Counted from the stretch's first letter, positions 1 through 10,307 are shown. The stretch is DNA of 64,000 nt from Candidatus Yanofskybacteria bacterium (GCA_016185525.1 JACPNK010000005.1:28473-92472); one strand, 5' to 3'. Notes: generated from the sequence alone by a model not told the origin. Program-made: numbers and translations.

Positions 1-797
1 GTTTTCTGAAATTTCTAAAGCTAAAGCCAAACCGGTAGCCAAAGCTATGTTTTCGGTACCAGCTCTTAATCCCTTTTCTTGTGAACCGCCGAAAAGTAAA
101 GGAGTAAGCCCAACCTCGCTTTTTTTATAAAGACAACCGACACCTTTAGGCCCGTATATCTTAGCCCCGTTGAATGTCATCAAATCAACACCCAAAGCAT
201 GCGGTCTGATGTTTAAAAAGCCAGCCGCCTGACAAGAGTCCGTGTGAAAATAAGGTAAGTTTGTGTTGTTATTTTTACGCCACTCGTAAATTATTCGGCT
301 GATTTCTTTTATTGGCTGGATAGTGCCAATCTCATTGTTAGCTTGCATTATTGAAATTAAAATCGTACTTTTTGTGATTGCCTTTTTAACGCTTTCCGGA
401 TCAATTATTCCCTCTTTGCCTACCGGCAAATAAGTAATCTTAAAACCTTCTTGTTCCAGAACTTTGCAGGAATTTAAAACCGCCAAATGCTCAATCGCCG
501 AAACAATAATATGCCTGCCTTTATTTTTGTAAAAGCGGGCTGCACCCAAGATGGCTAAATTATCCGACTCAGTGCCTGAACTGGTAAAAAAAACTTCGCC
601 TGGTTTGACTCCCAAAACGCCGGCAACTTTTTTCCTCTCGTCTTCCATAACTTTTTTGGCGGCAGAACCAAAATTATGCACGGAAGAAGGATTGCCAAAA
701 AATTTAACAGATATACCAGAGACAATTTTGCTTACACGACGATCAACTGGCGTTGCCGCCGCATAGTCCAAATAAATTTTTGCATTGTTGATAGACA
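1..797 (-). CDS. cysteine desulfurase (IscS/NifS family), N-terminal 265 aa; C-terminus runs off the window start
   Basis: Minus-strand translation reads MSINNAKIYLDYAAATP...LFGGSQEKGLRAGTENIALATGLALALE, the typical PLP-dependent class V aminotransferase/cysteine desulfurase signature. The start ATG is near 797. Confidence 0.8.
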
Positions 798-849
798 TAA
801 CAAAAGCCCTGCCAGGGCTATAAGACCTTAAAACAAATTGGGTTTTTGG

Positions 850-1215
850 TCAAAATCTTCTTTTGGGCCAAAAAAGCAGAGAAAGAAAACCGCCGATTAA
901 CCCCGCATCCCTTATGGTCACTTCGCTGAAACCTACGGTAAATAAAACAGCCGACAAAAACAAAACAGACAAAAAAGAAAAAAATCTCATCAGAAAACCG
1001 CTCAACAAACTGACTCCCACCAGGACCTCAAAAACACCATTCAAGTATATGAATTGCAAACCGCTAACACTAAACCGCTCTAAAAAACCAACAAACCATT
1101 GGGGAACCCAAGCATTCAGCCAATAGGATGGATGTATGAATTTATCTACTCCAAACCAGAGAAAAACCGCCGCCAAGCCTATCCGCAAAAACAAAAGAGA
1201 TTGTAAACTTGACAT
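850..1215 (-). CDS. DoxX-family small membrane protein
   Basis: 121 aa with 3 to 4 hydrophobic helices; the pattern AAVFLWFGVDKF...LNAWVP fits a DoxX-like fold. Confidence 0.5.
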   Translation of the reverse strand: MSSLQSLLFLRIGLAAVFLWFGVDKFIHPSYWLNAWVPQWFVGFLERFSVSGLQFIYLNGVFEVLVGVSLLSGFLMRFFSFLSVLFLSAVLFTVGFSEVTIRDAGLIGGFLSLLFWPKRRF

Positions 1216-1425
1216 AGTTCTTAAAAAGTGATATAATTATAATATTGGGATACTGCTGTGCTCGTTTTTTTGCCAGCTATCAAACTTGTAACCGCTTCGG
1301 CGAATTACAAATTGATTTAATAATTCATATTAAATCGCTTTTAATTAGCTGGCAAGATAAATCTGTTGATACTTCGGTAGAAACAGCAACCGGTGCCTGC
1401 GGTTTCCACAAGATTGAGTTTAAAC

Positions 1426-1458
1426 TAAAAGTCCTGCAAATTATGCAGGACTTTTAGT
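1426..1458. terminator. perfect hairpin GTCCTGCA/TGCAGGAC overlapping the tig stop codon
   Basis: The sequence aaaagtcctgcaaattatgcaggactttt has a 12 to 14 bp stem with flanking A/T runs and lies between the tig stop and the DoxX gene. Confidence 0.45.
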
Positions 1459-2739
1459 TTGATTCTTTAAATTCACCTTCTCTAAAAACTCAAATATTTT
1501 TTCGTGCAAAAGAGCATCCCCGGCTCTCTGTTTTATTTTCTCTATATCCGGACCTCGTTCATCGGAAACATTTGTTAAGTATCTGGCAATTAGGCCGTCA
1601 GCGGCTTCCCGTGCTTCCTGTTCACTGATTTTAATATTTTCTCTTTTACCTATTTCCCGCATAATCAAACCGCGCCTAATCTGTCCTTCGGCCTGCTCAT
1701 ACCAGCTTTTTTTGAGATCATCTCTGGTTTTTTTTACTTGAGCCAGATAAAGAGACAGTTCCATTCCCTGCTGGTGAAGGCTGTTGTCAAAATTGGCAAC
1801 CATAGCCTCAAGCTGTTCTTCTATCAATTTTGGGGGAACTAACATTTCCGATTTTTTGTCTACTTTGTCCAAGATATCCAAACGCAGCCTGTCTTTTTCT
1901 TTTTGTTCTTTCTCTGTTTTTAAAGCAGAGCGAATGCTGTTTTTAAGATCGTCGGAAGATTGAAAGTTGCCCAAAGTTTTAAGAAACTCGGTATTTAAAT
2001 CAGGCGTGGTTCCGACTTTAATTGACTTGACCATTACCTTAAAATCCAACATTTTGCCGGCTATTGTTTTCTGATAGTAATCGTCTGGAGATTTGAGAGA
2101 AAAGTTTTTCGTTTCGCCTTTTTTTAAACCAATCAAATTGTCCTCAAAGCCAGGAATAAAGCCGCCTTTCCCAAGCACTAAAGGATGATTTTCGCTTTTA
2201 CCGCCGTCAATCAACTTTCCGGCATCTGAAACTTCAAAATCAACTTCCAAGTGATGGCCGTTTTGAGCCGGCCCCTCGAACTCTTTAAAAACCGTGCGAG
2301 ATTCCAAAACCTTAGCCATGGTTTTTTCTACTTCTTCCTCCTCTACAAAAATATCTTTTTTTGAAACCTCCAGATTTTTGTACTCGCCCAACTTCACTTC
2401 GGGAAATAAAAGCAGTTTAATGGAGTACTTAACATGAGCCGGCGTGTTTTCTGTAACTTTTAAGTCGGAGGAGCTTATAATTTCCAAATTCTCTTTGCGC
2501 AAAGCATTGGCCAAACTATCGGTTACCGCAAACTCTAAAGCTTCCTCCAATATCTTCTGATCGCCTATGTTTTTCCTCAAAACATCAAAAGGTATTTTGC
2601 CGCTCCTAAATCCGTCAATCTGAACAACTCCCGAAAGTTTTTCTCCGGTTTTTTTTAGATAGTGTTTAAGATCTTCTTCGTCCAACTCAACCCAGAGTTC
2701 AGCTTCGGAATTTTTTAATTCTTTGATTTTTGTCAGCAT
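1441..2739 (-). CDS. tig: trigger factor
   Basis: 432 aa with a trigger-factor N-terminal ribosome-binding domain, a central FKBP-like domain (GFRSGKIP) and a C-terminal domain. Confidence 0.9.
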   Translation of the reverse strand: MLTKIKELKNSEAELWVELDEEDLKHYLKKTGEKLSGVVQIDGFRSGKIPFDVLRKNIGDQKILEEALEFAVTDSLANALRKENLEIISSSDLKVTENTPAHVKYSIKLLLFPEVKLGEYKNLEVSKKDIFVEEEEVEKTMAKVLESRTVFKEFEGPAQNGHHLEVDFEVSDAGKLIDGGKSENHPLVLGKGGFIPGFEDNLIGLKKGETKNFSLKSPDDYYQKTIAGKMLDFKVMVKSIKVGTTPDLNTEFLKTLGNFQSSDDLKNSIRSALKTEKEQKEKDRLRLDILDKVDKKSEMLVPPKLIEEQLEAMVANFDNSLHQQGMELSLYLAQVKKTRDDLKKSWYEQAEGQIRRGLIMREIGKRENIKISEQEAREAADGLIARYLTNVSDERGPDIEKIKQRAGDALLHEKIFEFLEKVNLKNQTKSPA

Positions 2740-2752
2740 TTATTCCTTTGAT

Positions 2753-4006
2753 TTATTTTGTTTCTATCTCCGCATCGGCTCCGTTTACCGCAGGCTCGCC
2801 GCCTATTGCAGGCTCACTATCAGCGCTGGGACTTTCTAATTCTTCCGAAGAAATTTTTTCTTTGGGCGACCTCACATCTATTTTCCAACCGGTAAGTTTG
2901 GCGGCCAGTCTGACATTTTGGCCTTTTTTGCCTATCGCCAAAGAGAATTGATCGTCGCCGACCTCAACCAGAGCATGCTGCCTGTTTTTGTCCATGATTT
3001 TTACATCCAAAACTTTAGCCGGAGAAAGAGCATTGGCGATAAACTTAGCAGAATCGTCATTCCATTCAATAATATCAATCTTTTCCCCGGAAAGTTCATT
3101 AATAACAGTCTGAACACGCACCCCTTTTTGTCCAACCAGGGATCCGATCGGATCAATGCCTTCCTCTTTTGAAAGAACCGCTATCTTGGAACGGGAGCCC
3201 GCTTCTCTGGCAATTGATTTAATCTCCACACTGCCGGTTTCAATTTCAGGAACTTCAAACTCAAAAAGTTTGGCTATAAGCCTGGGATGGGAACGTGAGA
3301 GTAAAATAACCGGCCCTTTGTTGGTTTCTTCCACCCTAAGAATGTAGAATCTAAATCTCTGGTTTATTCTGTAGTTATCGTTTTCAATTTGTTCTGCCGG
3401 AATCAGCAGGCCATTTGTTTTACCCAAGTCCACGAAAACCATTGGACCCTCTCTTCTTTGAACAACACCGCTGATTATCTCGCCCTCTTTCTTTTTAAAC
3501 TCTTCAAAAATAACATCCCTTTCAATTTCTCTAAGTTTTTGGATTATAACCTGTTTTGCCGTTTGAGCGGCAATTCTGCCAAAATCGGTTTTAGTCTCCA
3601 AAACGGTAACCACCTCGTCGCCGACTTTAAGTTTTTTATTTATTTTCTTAGCCTCCTCCAAAAGAATATGCTTTTCGGGGCTATATTTTATTTTAAGCTC
3701 TTCACCGGCTTCCTGCTCCAGCCTTCTTTCAGAAACGTCTTTTTCTTCTTCCAACTTCAAGGGCAACGGTCCGGTAACATAGCCCTCTTCGTCAGCCCCC
3801 TCTATTACATATTTAATTTGAGTAATGCCAATATCGCCGGTTTCCGGATCAAGTTTTGCTCTGATAATCTGGCTTTTTTCTCCGTAGTCTTTCTTGTAAG
3901 CGGCGGCAATCGCCAGCTGTATGGTTTCTACGATTTTGTCTTTTGAAATGCCCTTCTCTTCGGCAATCTGGTGGATCGCCGACAGGAATTGTTTTGTGTC
4001 TAGCAT
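2753..4006 (-). CDS. nusA: transcription termination/antitermination factor NusA
   Basis: 417 aa; N-terminal NusA domain, S1 and two KH domains (GxxG motifs: LSGEKIDII, AIGKKGQNVRLA). Confidence 0.9.
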   Translation of the reverse strand: MLDTKQFLSAIHQIAEEKGISKDKIVETIQLAIAAAYKKDYGEKSQIIRAKLDPETGDIGITQIKYVIEGADEEGYVTGPLPLKLEEEKDVSERRLEQEAGEELKIKYSPEKHILLEEAKKINKKLKVGDEVVTVLETKTDFGRIAAQTAKQVIIQKLREIERDVIFEEFKKKEGEIISGVVQRREGPMVFVDLGKTNGLLIPAEQIENDNYRINQRFRFYILRVEETNKGPVILLSRSHPRLIAKLFEFEVPEIETGSVEIKSIAREAGSRSKIAVLSKEEGIDPIGSLVGQKGVRVQTVINELSGEKIDIIEWNDDSAKFIANALSPAKVLDVKIMDKNRQHALVEVGDDQFSLAIGKKGQNVRLAAKLTGWKIDVRSPKEKISSEELESPSADSEPAIGGEPAVNGADAEIETK

Positions 4007-4249
4007 ATTAAATTATTATAGTTTATTTTAAAAAATAAAGCCCGCATTCTTAGCGGACATTTTTCTCTTATCTCAACTCAATGTAACCATTTTATTCCAA
4101 ATCCAAACAAATGTCAAGAAACAGTCGTTGTCCGGCTGTTAACGCCGATTCCCCCTGTTTGTTATCCACAGAATTTCTATTGATAATATCTTGCGGTTCG
4201 CTAAGGTGAGGCAAGAGATGATATAATAAATCAGAGAGAAACTCTCACT

Positions 4250-5905
4250 ATGGTCAACCCCAAAACTCTTCCTCAAGAATTGGAAGAAAAACTAGGAGAA
4301 ATTGAAAAGGAAAGAATTGAACAACAGGCCAAAGACATTGCCAACAAGAACAATCTGGCCTACATAAACATCGCCACAAATCCAATTGACCCGGAAGCTC
4401 TAAGCTTGATTGAGGAAGAGGAGTCCAAAACCGCCCAAGCAGGCGTAATCTCAAAAGAAGGAAAAAAACTCAAGACGGTAGTTGTTGATCCAAAAAACCC
4501 AGAGACACAAAAATTGACGGACCGGCTTGCTAAAGAAGGCTTTTCCCTCAACTTGGGGGTGGTTTCTGTTTTGGGAATGCAGAAAGTTTGGAACAAATAT
4601 AAAGAATTGTCTAAGCAAACCGAGGAAAAAATCGGCACCATATCTATAGACACGGGCATCATTTCTGAAACTCAAAAAGAGATCAAAAATATCTCTGACT
4701 TAAAAGAAAAAATTGGCAGCATCTCAACCACCAACCTTTTGGAAATTCTTCTCGGCGGAGCGATAAAAGTTGAAGCCTCCGACATCCATATGGAGCCTGA
4801 AGAAAAAAGTATCAGACTGCGTTATCGCATTGACGGAGTTTTAAATGACGTTACTGAAATAAAATCAGAAAGCTACAACAAGATTCTTGCCAGAATAAAA
4901 ATAAATTCGGGCTTAAAATTGAACATTCACAACACGCCTCAAGACGGAAGATTTACAGTAAGTTTTAAAAACAAAGACATAGAAATACGCACATCAGTTT
5001 TACCGGGAGCTTATGGAGAAAATACGGTCATGAGAATTTTGGATCCGAAAACAATCAGACAAAATATTGAAGATTTGGGTATGACTCCGGAAAACTTCAC
5101 ATTAATAAAAAAACTTCTCCAAAAAACAACCGGCTCAATATTAACTACCGGCCCCACCGGTTCCGGCAAAACAACCACTCTTTACGCTTTTATCCGCCAC
5201 GTCAATGAACCCGGATTGAAGATTATAACCATTGAAGACCCCGTGGAGTATCATATAGAGGGCATATCTCAAACCCAGGTCAGTCCCGCTAAAGGCTATA
5301 CCTTCGCCAGCGGATTACGCTCAATAGTCAGACAAGACCCCGACGTGATCTTGGTTGGCGAGATACGCGACGGAGAAACAGCGGAAATAGCCATGCAGGC
5401 AGCTTTGACCGGCCACCTGGTTTTCTCAACACTTCATACAAACGATGCCGCCGGAGCAATCCCCCGCCTTATAGACCTGGGCATTAAACCAGTAATGATC
5501 GCCCCCGCCCTAAATGCCGTTCTTGCCCAGCGTTTAGTCAGAAAACTCTGTCCGGAGTGTAAAAAGAAAGACACCGTCTCAAAAGAAGAATATGAAAACA
5601 TTAAAGAGGCTTTCGCAGATTTAAGCGACAAAAACAAAATACCGAAAACAAAAGAAGATACCGAGATTTTTCGTCCCGGAAAATGCATAGCCTGCAATTT
5701 TACCGGATACAAAGGACGCATCGGCGTTTTTGAGATATTTTTGATTGATGATGAAATAGAAAGATTGATATTAAAGTCACCGGCCATTTCGGATGTAAAA
5801 GAAGCCGCATTAAAAAAGGGCATGATTACCATGCTTCAAGACGGCTACTTTAAGGTTTTAGAAGGTATAACGTCAATTGAAGAAGTGAGGAGAGTTTTGA
5901 GCTAA
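4250..5905 (+). CDS. pilB: type IV pilus / type II secretion assembly ATPase (PilB/GspE family)
   Basis: 551 aa; Walker A GPTGSGKTTTLYA, Asp box, a His box and the C-terminal CxxC...CxxC tetracysteine motif (CPECKKKD...CIACNFTGYKGR). Confidence 0.85.
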   Translation: MVNPKTLPQELEEKLGEIEKERIEQQAKDIANKNNLAYINIATNPIDPEALSLIEEEESKTAQAGVISKEGKKLKTVVVDPKNPETQKLTDRLAKEGFSLNLGVVSVLGMQKVWNKYKELSKQTEEKIGTISIDTGIISETQKEIKNISDLKEKIGSISTTNLLEILLGGAIKVEASDIHMEPEEKSIRLRYRIDGVLNDVTEIKSESYNKILARIKINSGLKLNIHNTPQDGRFTVSFKNKDIEIRTSVLPGAYGENTVMRILDPKTIRQNIEDLGMTPENFTLIKKLLQKTTGSILTTGPTGSGKTTTLYAFIRHVNEPGLKIITIEDPVEYHIEGISQTQVSPAKGYTFASGLRSIVRQDPDVILVGEIRDGETAEIAMQAALTGHLVFSTLHTNDAAGAIPRLIDLGIKPVMIAPALNAVLAQRLVRKLCPECKKKDTVSKEEYENIKEAFADLSDKNKIPKTKEDTEIFRPGKCIACNFTGYKGRIGVFEIFLIDDEIERLILKSPAISDVKEAALKKGMITMLQDGYFKVLEGITSIEEVRRVLS

Positions 5906-6036
5906 GCAAACTAATTATTTGCCGATATTGCAATTTGCCGAGTTTTCACACTGTTAGCAAAGATAAACCAGAAGAGACTGTGCCAAAGGCGAAGTGTGTC
6001 AAAGACAAGTTCAATATCGGGATTGGGACGTTAAAA

Positions 6037-6186
6037 ACTGCAACCTGTAGGCAAAGCCCGGATATTAAAAATATGCCGGGGCAAGATAACCCTGAGTAAT
6101 CCCCCAGTCGGAACCAGGACAAACATCATTAAATTATCCCAATAAATCACAGTCGTTAAAAAGGATTTATTTGCCTACAGATTGCA
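6037..6186 (+). ncRNA. possible structured RNA; an 18 bp long-range stem closes about 110 nt of intergenic sequence upstream of ruvB
   Basis: ctgcaacctgtaggcaaa near 6040 pairs with tttgcctacagattgcag near 6170 (one mismatch). No ORF is present. There is weak resemblance to the RNase P P4 5-prime strand (aggcaaagcccgg) but no convincing 3-prime partner. Confidence 0.2.
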
Positions 6187-6233
6187 GCTTTTAAAGCCGG
6201 TAATCTTCTATATTTTATACAAAATAAGTTACT

Positions 6234-7268
6234 ATGTCAAATCAAAAACCTTCTGACAAAAAACATGCCGATAACACCCAGGAAGATGAGAAATTTCTAG
6301 ATCTGGCCTTGAGGCCGACAAACTTCAACGACTATATCGGCCAAGACAAGGTAAAAAGAAACTTGTCAATCCTGATAAGCGCCGCCGGCAAAAGGAAGGA
6401 TCCGCTAGAACACATCCTAATACATGGGCCGTCGGGTCTGGGTAAAACCACTCTAGCCTATATTATCTCCCGACAAATGGGTTCCAGTTTACGCATAACT
6501 TCCGGCGCCACTTTGGAAAAAGCCGGTGATCTGGGTTCAATTTTGACCGGCCTAAACGAAGGTGATTTTCTTTTTATAGATGAGGCGCACAGACTTAATA
6601 AATTGGTAGAGGAAACTCTTTATCCGGCCATGGAAAACTACAAACTGGATATTATCATCGGCAAGGGCAACTCGGCTAAAACTCTCCAAATACAACTGCC
6701 AAAATTTACACTGATTGCGGCAACTACCAAAATTTCTTTGTTATCCAGCCCATTCCGCTCACGTTTCGGAGTAAACTATAAACTAGACTTTTACAATCAA
6801 GACGATATTGAAAAAATCTTAACCCGCTCTGCTAAACTGTTGAACATCCGAGCCGAGCCTGAAGCTTTGAAAATAATCGCCGCCGCTTCCCGTTTCACGC
6901 CAAGAACAGCCAACAAACTCCTGAAAAGAGCCCGTGACTATACGCAAAGCGAAAATAAGGAGGTCTTGACCGCAAATCTTGCCAGTCAGACTTTGGATTT
7001 ACTTGAGATAGACCACATCGGTCTGGAAGCCACCGATAAAAAAATATTAAGCTCTATCGCTAAGAATTTCAACGGCGGCCCGGTGGGATTAAAAACTATT
7101 GCCGCCCTAATCGCCGAAGACGAAAATACCATAGAGGATGTATATGAACCTTACTTGATGCAGATAGGTTTTTTAGCCAGAACCACGAGAGGCAGGGTCA
7201 TAACACAAGAAGGAGCCAAGCATATCGGCATAAAGCTAAGCAGTGAGACACAAAGCACATTGATCTAA
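6234..7268 (+). CDS. ruvB: Holliday junction branch migration ATPase RuvB
   Basis: 344 aa; AAA+ Walker A GPSGLGKTTLA, sensor motifs and a winged-helix C-terminal region typical of RuvB. Confidence 0.95.
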   Translation: MSNQKPSDKKHADNTQEDEKFLDLALRPTNFNDYIGQDKVKRNLSILISAAGKRKDPLEHILIHGPSGLGKTTLAYIISRQMGSSLRITSGATLEKAGDLGSILTGLNEGDFLFIDEAHRLNKLVEETLYPAMENYKLDIIIGKGNSAKTLQIQLPKFTLIAATTKISLLSSPFRSRFGVNYKLDFYNQDDIEKILTRSAKLLNIRAEPEALKIIAAASRFTPRTANKLLKRARDYTQSENKEVLTANLASQTLDLLEIDHIGLEATDKKILSSIAKNFNGGPVGLKTIAALIAEDENTIEDVYEPYLMQIGFLARTTRGRVITQEGAKHIGIKLSSETQSTLI

Positions 7269-7834
7269 TGAGTACAAAAATTTCAATTATTATCTTTTCT
7301 TGGTTAGCCGCCATCAGCGGCTTATTTTTATTTTCCAAAACACCGGAACAGATTACTGACCTTCCAAAAACCGCCGGTTTGATAACAGAAATTTCCGTCT
7401 CGCCGATCCCTACAACGACACCGACAAAGACTCCCGGAACAACAACGACCGTAGCTAAGACAATAAATCCGCCTGCTTCTCTGACAAGCGTAGCCACCCC
7501 AACCGCAACCGCTCTAAACACAACTACCTCCACTAACCCGACGCCAACAACCAACACAACAACATTCCTTACCACGACGACACAATTTTTTACCTCTACT
7601 CCCGCTCCCACGACAACATCGACTGTAACTCCTGAACAGTCGGCAAGAATAAACATCAACACGGCAAACAGCCAAGAGCTGGAGAAGATTACCGGTGTCG
7701 GCCCGGTTATAGCTCAACGCATTGTTGACTATAGAAAAGAAAAAGGAGCATTTCAAAAAATTGAAGATATTAAAAAGGTAAATGGCATTGGAGATATAAA
7801 ATTTGAAAAAATGAAAGATGAGATTACAATATAA
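7268..7834 (+). CDS. comEA: ComEA-family competence protein (TM anchor, Thr/Pro-rich linker, tandem helix-hairpin-helix DNA-binding domain)
   Basis: C-terminal NINTANSQELEKITGVGPVIAQRIVDYRKEKGAFQKIEDIKKVNGIG is the canonical ComEA HhH pair. The start overlaps the ruvB stop (ATGA). Confidence 0.75.
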   Translation: MSTKISIIIFSWLAAISGLFLFSKTPEQITDLPKTAGLITEISVSPIPTTTPTKTPGTTTTVAKTINPPASLTSVATPTATALNTTTSTNPTPTTNTTTFLTTTTQFFTSTPAPTTTSTVTPEQSARININTANSQELEKITGVGPVIAQRIVDYRKEKGAFQKIEDIKKVNGIGDIKFEKMKDEITI

Positions 7835-7840
7835 AAATAT

Positions 7841-8377
7841 ATGAGCGGGCACTCAAAATGGAGTCAAATAAAAAGACAAAAGGGCGTTGCTGACCAAAAA
7901 AAGGGTCAGGTTTTTTCCAAGCTTTCAAAGTTTATCTCAATGGCCGCGCGTAAAGGAATTGATCCGGACAAAAATATTGAACTGAAAAACGCAATTGAAA
8001 AGGCCCGTTCTTTAAATATGCCAAAAGAAAGCATAGAAAGGTCTCTAAAGAGAGTGGGAGAAAAAGACCTAGCGCAACTTGAAGAACTTCTGGTTGAGGC
8101 GATTGGCCCCGAATCAGTAAACATAATTATCACCGCCGTTACTGACAATAAAAACCGGACTATCGGAGCGATAAAAAACATCCTCTCAAAATATGAGGCA
8201 AAAATGGCGCAATCAGGTTCGGTCATGTGGGCTTTTGAGAAAAACGGTTCTGGCTTTACCGCAAAGTACCCGACTTCAATTAAAAACCAAAACACTAAAG
8301 ACAAACTGGATAAATTGTTTGAGGAACTAGATAGCAACGAAGACGTTCAAGAAATATATGATAATATTGGGAATTGA
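7841..8377 (+). CDS. YebC/PmpR-family transcriptional regulator (short form, 178 aa)
   Basis: N-terminal MSGHSKWSQIKRQKGVADQKKGQVFSKLSK and C-terminal EDVQEIYDN match the YebC/TACO1 family. It is shorter than the typical protein of about 240 aa. Confidence 0.75.
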   Translation: MSGHSKWSQIKRQKGVADQKKGQVFSKLSKFISMAARKGIDPDKNIELKNAIEKARSLNMPKESIERSLKRVGEKDLAQLEELLVEAIGPESVNIIITAVTDNKNRTIGAIKNILSKYEAKMAQSGSVMWAFEKNGSGFTAKYPTSIKNQNTKDKLDKLFEELDSNEDVQEIYDNIGN

Positions 8378-8837
8378 CCCCGGAACCACAGTCATAGGCT
8401 ATGGTTTAGTAGAAACCGGAGCAAAAGGTTTGTTTTGTCTTGATTATGGAGTCTTTAGAGTTCAAGCCGGAACTGAATCAAATAATCGTATTACTTCTGT
8501 TTACGACTTTTTTGAAAAACTCATAAAAAAATATCAGCCGGACAAAGCCGGCATTGAAAAACTCTTCTTCTTTAAAAATGCCAAAACTATAACCAGGGTC
8601 AGTGAAACAAAAGGGGTTATACTTTTGGCTTTACAAAAACTTGGAGTAGAAGTGAGTGAGTTTACGCCCTTGCAAATCAAACAAGCTGTTTCCAACTATG
8701 GCCGGGCTGACAAGAAACAAGTTCAGAAAATCATCAGTTTGATTCTGGGACTAAAAGAAATACCTCAGCCCGACGACGCCGCTGATGCCTTGGCTACGGC
8801 AATCTGCTGTGCCAATACCACGAAATGGAACTCTTGA
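8358..8837 (+). CDS. ruvC: crossover junction endodeoxyribonuclease RuvC
   Basis: 159 aa; MIILGIDPGTTVIGYGLVE (RNase H-like fold) with catalytic Asp/Glu residues. Adjacent to ruvB-yebC, as in the classic ruv locus. Confidence 0.9.
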   Translation: MIILGIDPGTTVIGYGLVETGAKGLFCLDYGVFRVQAGTESNNRITSVYDFFEKLIKKYQPDKAGIEKLFFFKNAKTITRVSETKGVILLALQKLGVEVSEFTPLQIKQAVSNYGRADKKQVQKIISLILGLKEIPQPDDAADALATAICCANTTKWNS

Positions 8838-8846
8838 CTTATTTCT

Positions 8847-9053
8847 TTGCCCGCATATAATGTCCGAAGGTCGTATACGGCTATATTTATTAATAAAATT
8901 AAAATGATTACAAACACATGGAAGTTGGATGAAGACAGCAACTTTGTCCAAGACCCTATAGAAGAAGACGACTTGGAAAGCGACGACTTGGAAGACGACA
9001 AGGAGACTAAAGACCCGGAAAAGGAAGAAGTGACAGAAGATGCCCTCAACTAA
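8847..9053 (+). CDS. small acidic hypothetical protein
   Basis: 68 aa ORF with a highly acidic C-terminus (DDLESDDLEDDKETKD). The start may be the internal Met at about 8904. Confidence 0.3.
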   Translation: MPAYNVRRSYTAIFINKIKMITNTWKLDEDSNFVQDPIEEDDLESDDLEDDKETKDPEKEEVTEDALN

Positions 9054-9056
9054 ATA

Positions 9057-9092
9057 AATAACCCGGCACTTTCTTAGAAAGTGCCGGGTTAT
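9057..9092. terminator. bidirectional rho-independent terminator
   Basis: aacccggcactttcttagaaagtgccgggtt is a perfect 13 bp stem flanked by A-run and T-run, between the convergent small ORF and tyrS. Confidence 0.65.
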
Positions 9093-10307
9093 TTATTTAC
9101 CGGGTTTTACTTTATAAAATTTTCTTGGGCCTATTTTAAGAATCGAGCCCTCTTCTTTAATTTCCATATTTTCGTTCCAATTTTCAATAACCTTATCGTC
9201 TAGTCTCACCGCTCCTTGCTCAACAAGTCTTTTGATTTCTCCTTTGGAAACGACGATGCCCGCAATAATACTTGTGTCTAAAATGTTTCCTTTCCACTCA
9301 ATTTCCTCCATTTTTTCGGGAAGTTCATGTTGGCCAAAAACATGCTCAAATTCATTTTTGGCTTTTTGAGCTTCTTTTTCGCCATGGTACATTTTAACCA
9401 ACTCGAAAGATAATTCTTCTTTTGCTTTTTTGGGGTTCTCGCCGTTTTTTAGCCCTGTTTCAATTTCAGCAATTGTTTCATCTGAAAGTTCCGTCGCATA
9501 TTTGAATAAAGGCAAAATTGCGCTGTCAGCCAGAGACATAATCCGGCCGAACATTTCCTGCGCGGAGTCGTTCAACGAAACATAGCGGCCCTCGCTCTCG
9601 CTTTTGTTCATTAGTTTTTTGCCCGTCTCCGAATCTTCTAACAACTTCGTGGTAATAACAATTTTGTCTTTGTTTAGAAACGATTTAACCAAATCCCGGC
9701 CAACCATCATGTTGAAGGTTTGATCTGTGCCGCCAACCTCACCGTCAACTTTCATCGCAACCGAATCATAGCCTTGCATTAAAGGATAAAGAAATTCTTC
9801 CAATGTAACCGGCCTGTCTTCGGCCATTCTTCTTTGAAACATGTCCCTGGCAATCATTTGCTGAACGGTTACTTGTCGGGCAAGTTTTCTTATTTCGTTA
9901 AAATTCAATTTGCCAAGCCATCTGCTGTTATGCCTCAAATCAAAAGAGCCTTTCGGTAAGATTTTTACCGCCTGTTTTAAATAAGTCTTCATATTGCTTT
10001 CAACTTCTTTAACTGTCAAAGACTTGCGGGCAGTATCTTTGCCGGTGGGATCGCCTGTTTGAGCGGTAAAGTCGCCGATTAACAAAATAACTTTATGTCC
10101 CAAACCAATCAGCTTCTTCAAAACAAAAAAATTAGTGGTGTGGCCAAGATGAAGGTCTGGTCCGGTAGGGTCAACGCCCAGATAAAAAGTCAGACGTTTG
10201 CCGCTTGCCATCAACTCCAAAGCCCTTTCTTTGGAAGGAAAAACAGCTTCCACGTATCTTCCAAAAACTTCGTTAATTTTACTTTTATCAGTAACAATTT
10301 CCGCCAT
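9093..10307 (-). CDS. tyrS: tyrosine--tRNA ligase
   Basis: 404 aa; class I HIGH-like motif (PDLHLGH), KMSKS-like motif, and a C-terminal S4 RNA-binding domain. Confidence 0.9.
   Translation of the reverse strand: MAEIVTDKSKINEVFGRYVEAVFPSKERALELMASGKRLTFYLGVDPTGPDLHLGHTTNFFVLKKLIGLGHKVILLIGDFTAQTGDPTGKDTARKSLTVKEVESNMKTYLKQAVKILPKGSFDLRHNSRWLGKLNFNEIRKLARQVTVQQMIARDMFQRRMAEDRPVTLEEFLYPLMQGYDSVAMKVDGEVGGTDQTFNMMVGRDLVKSFLNKDKIVITTKLLEDSETGKKLMNKSESEGRYVSLNDSAQEMFGRIMSLADSAILPLFKYATELSDETIAEIETGLKNGENPKKAKEELSFELVKMYHGEKEAQKAKNEFEHVFGQHELPEKMEEIEWKGNILDTSIIAGIVVSKGEIKRLVEQGAVRLDDKVIENWNENMEIKEEGSILKIGPRKFYKVKPGK

Noticed and set aside
863-1126. Plus-strand 87 aa ORF antisense to the DoxX-like gene. 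Other antisense ORFs on the track fall in the same class (e.g. 3389-3946, 4254-4675, 7198-7852, 10922-11143, 13239-13874, 20244-20753, 24642-26324, 35434-36031, 38418-38773, 46169-46782, 48199-49289, 53511-54790, 55597-56148).
   Set aside because: They lie entirely inside, and antisense to, well-supported conserved genes, have low-complexity or biased composition, and none carries a recognisable motif.
4162-4170. Perfect DnaA box TTATCCACA upstream of pilB
   Set aside because: A single 9-mer match is expected by chance at about 0.5 per 64 kb on both strands, and there is no cluster or AT-rich unwinding region.
5906-6233. RNase P RNA, 6S RNA or tmRNA in the long pilB-ruvB spacer
   Set aside because: It has only a partial P4-like 5-prime strand (aggcaaagcccgg) with no matching 3-prime strand, is too short for RNase P RNA, and lacks the tmRNA tag reading frame and acceptor motifs. 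It is kept only as a generic structured-RNA candidate.
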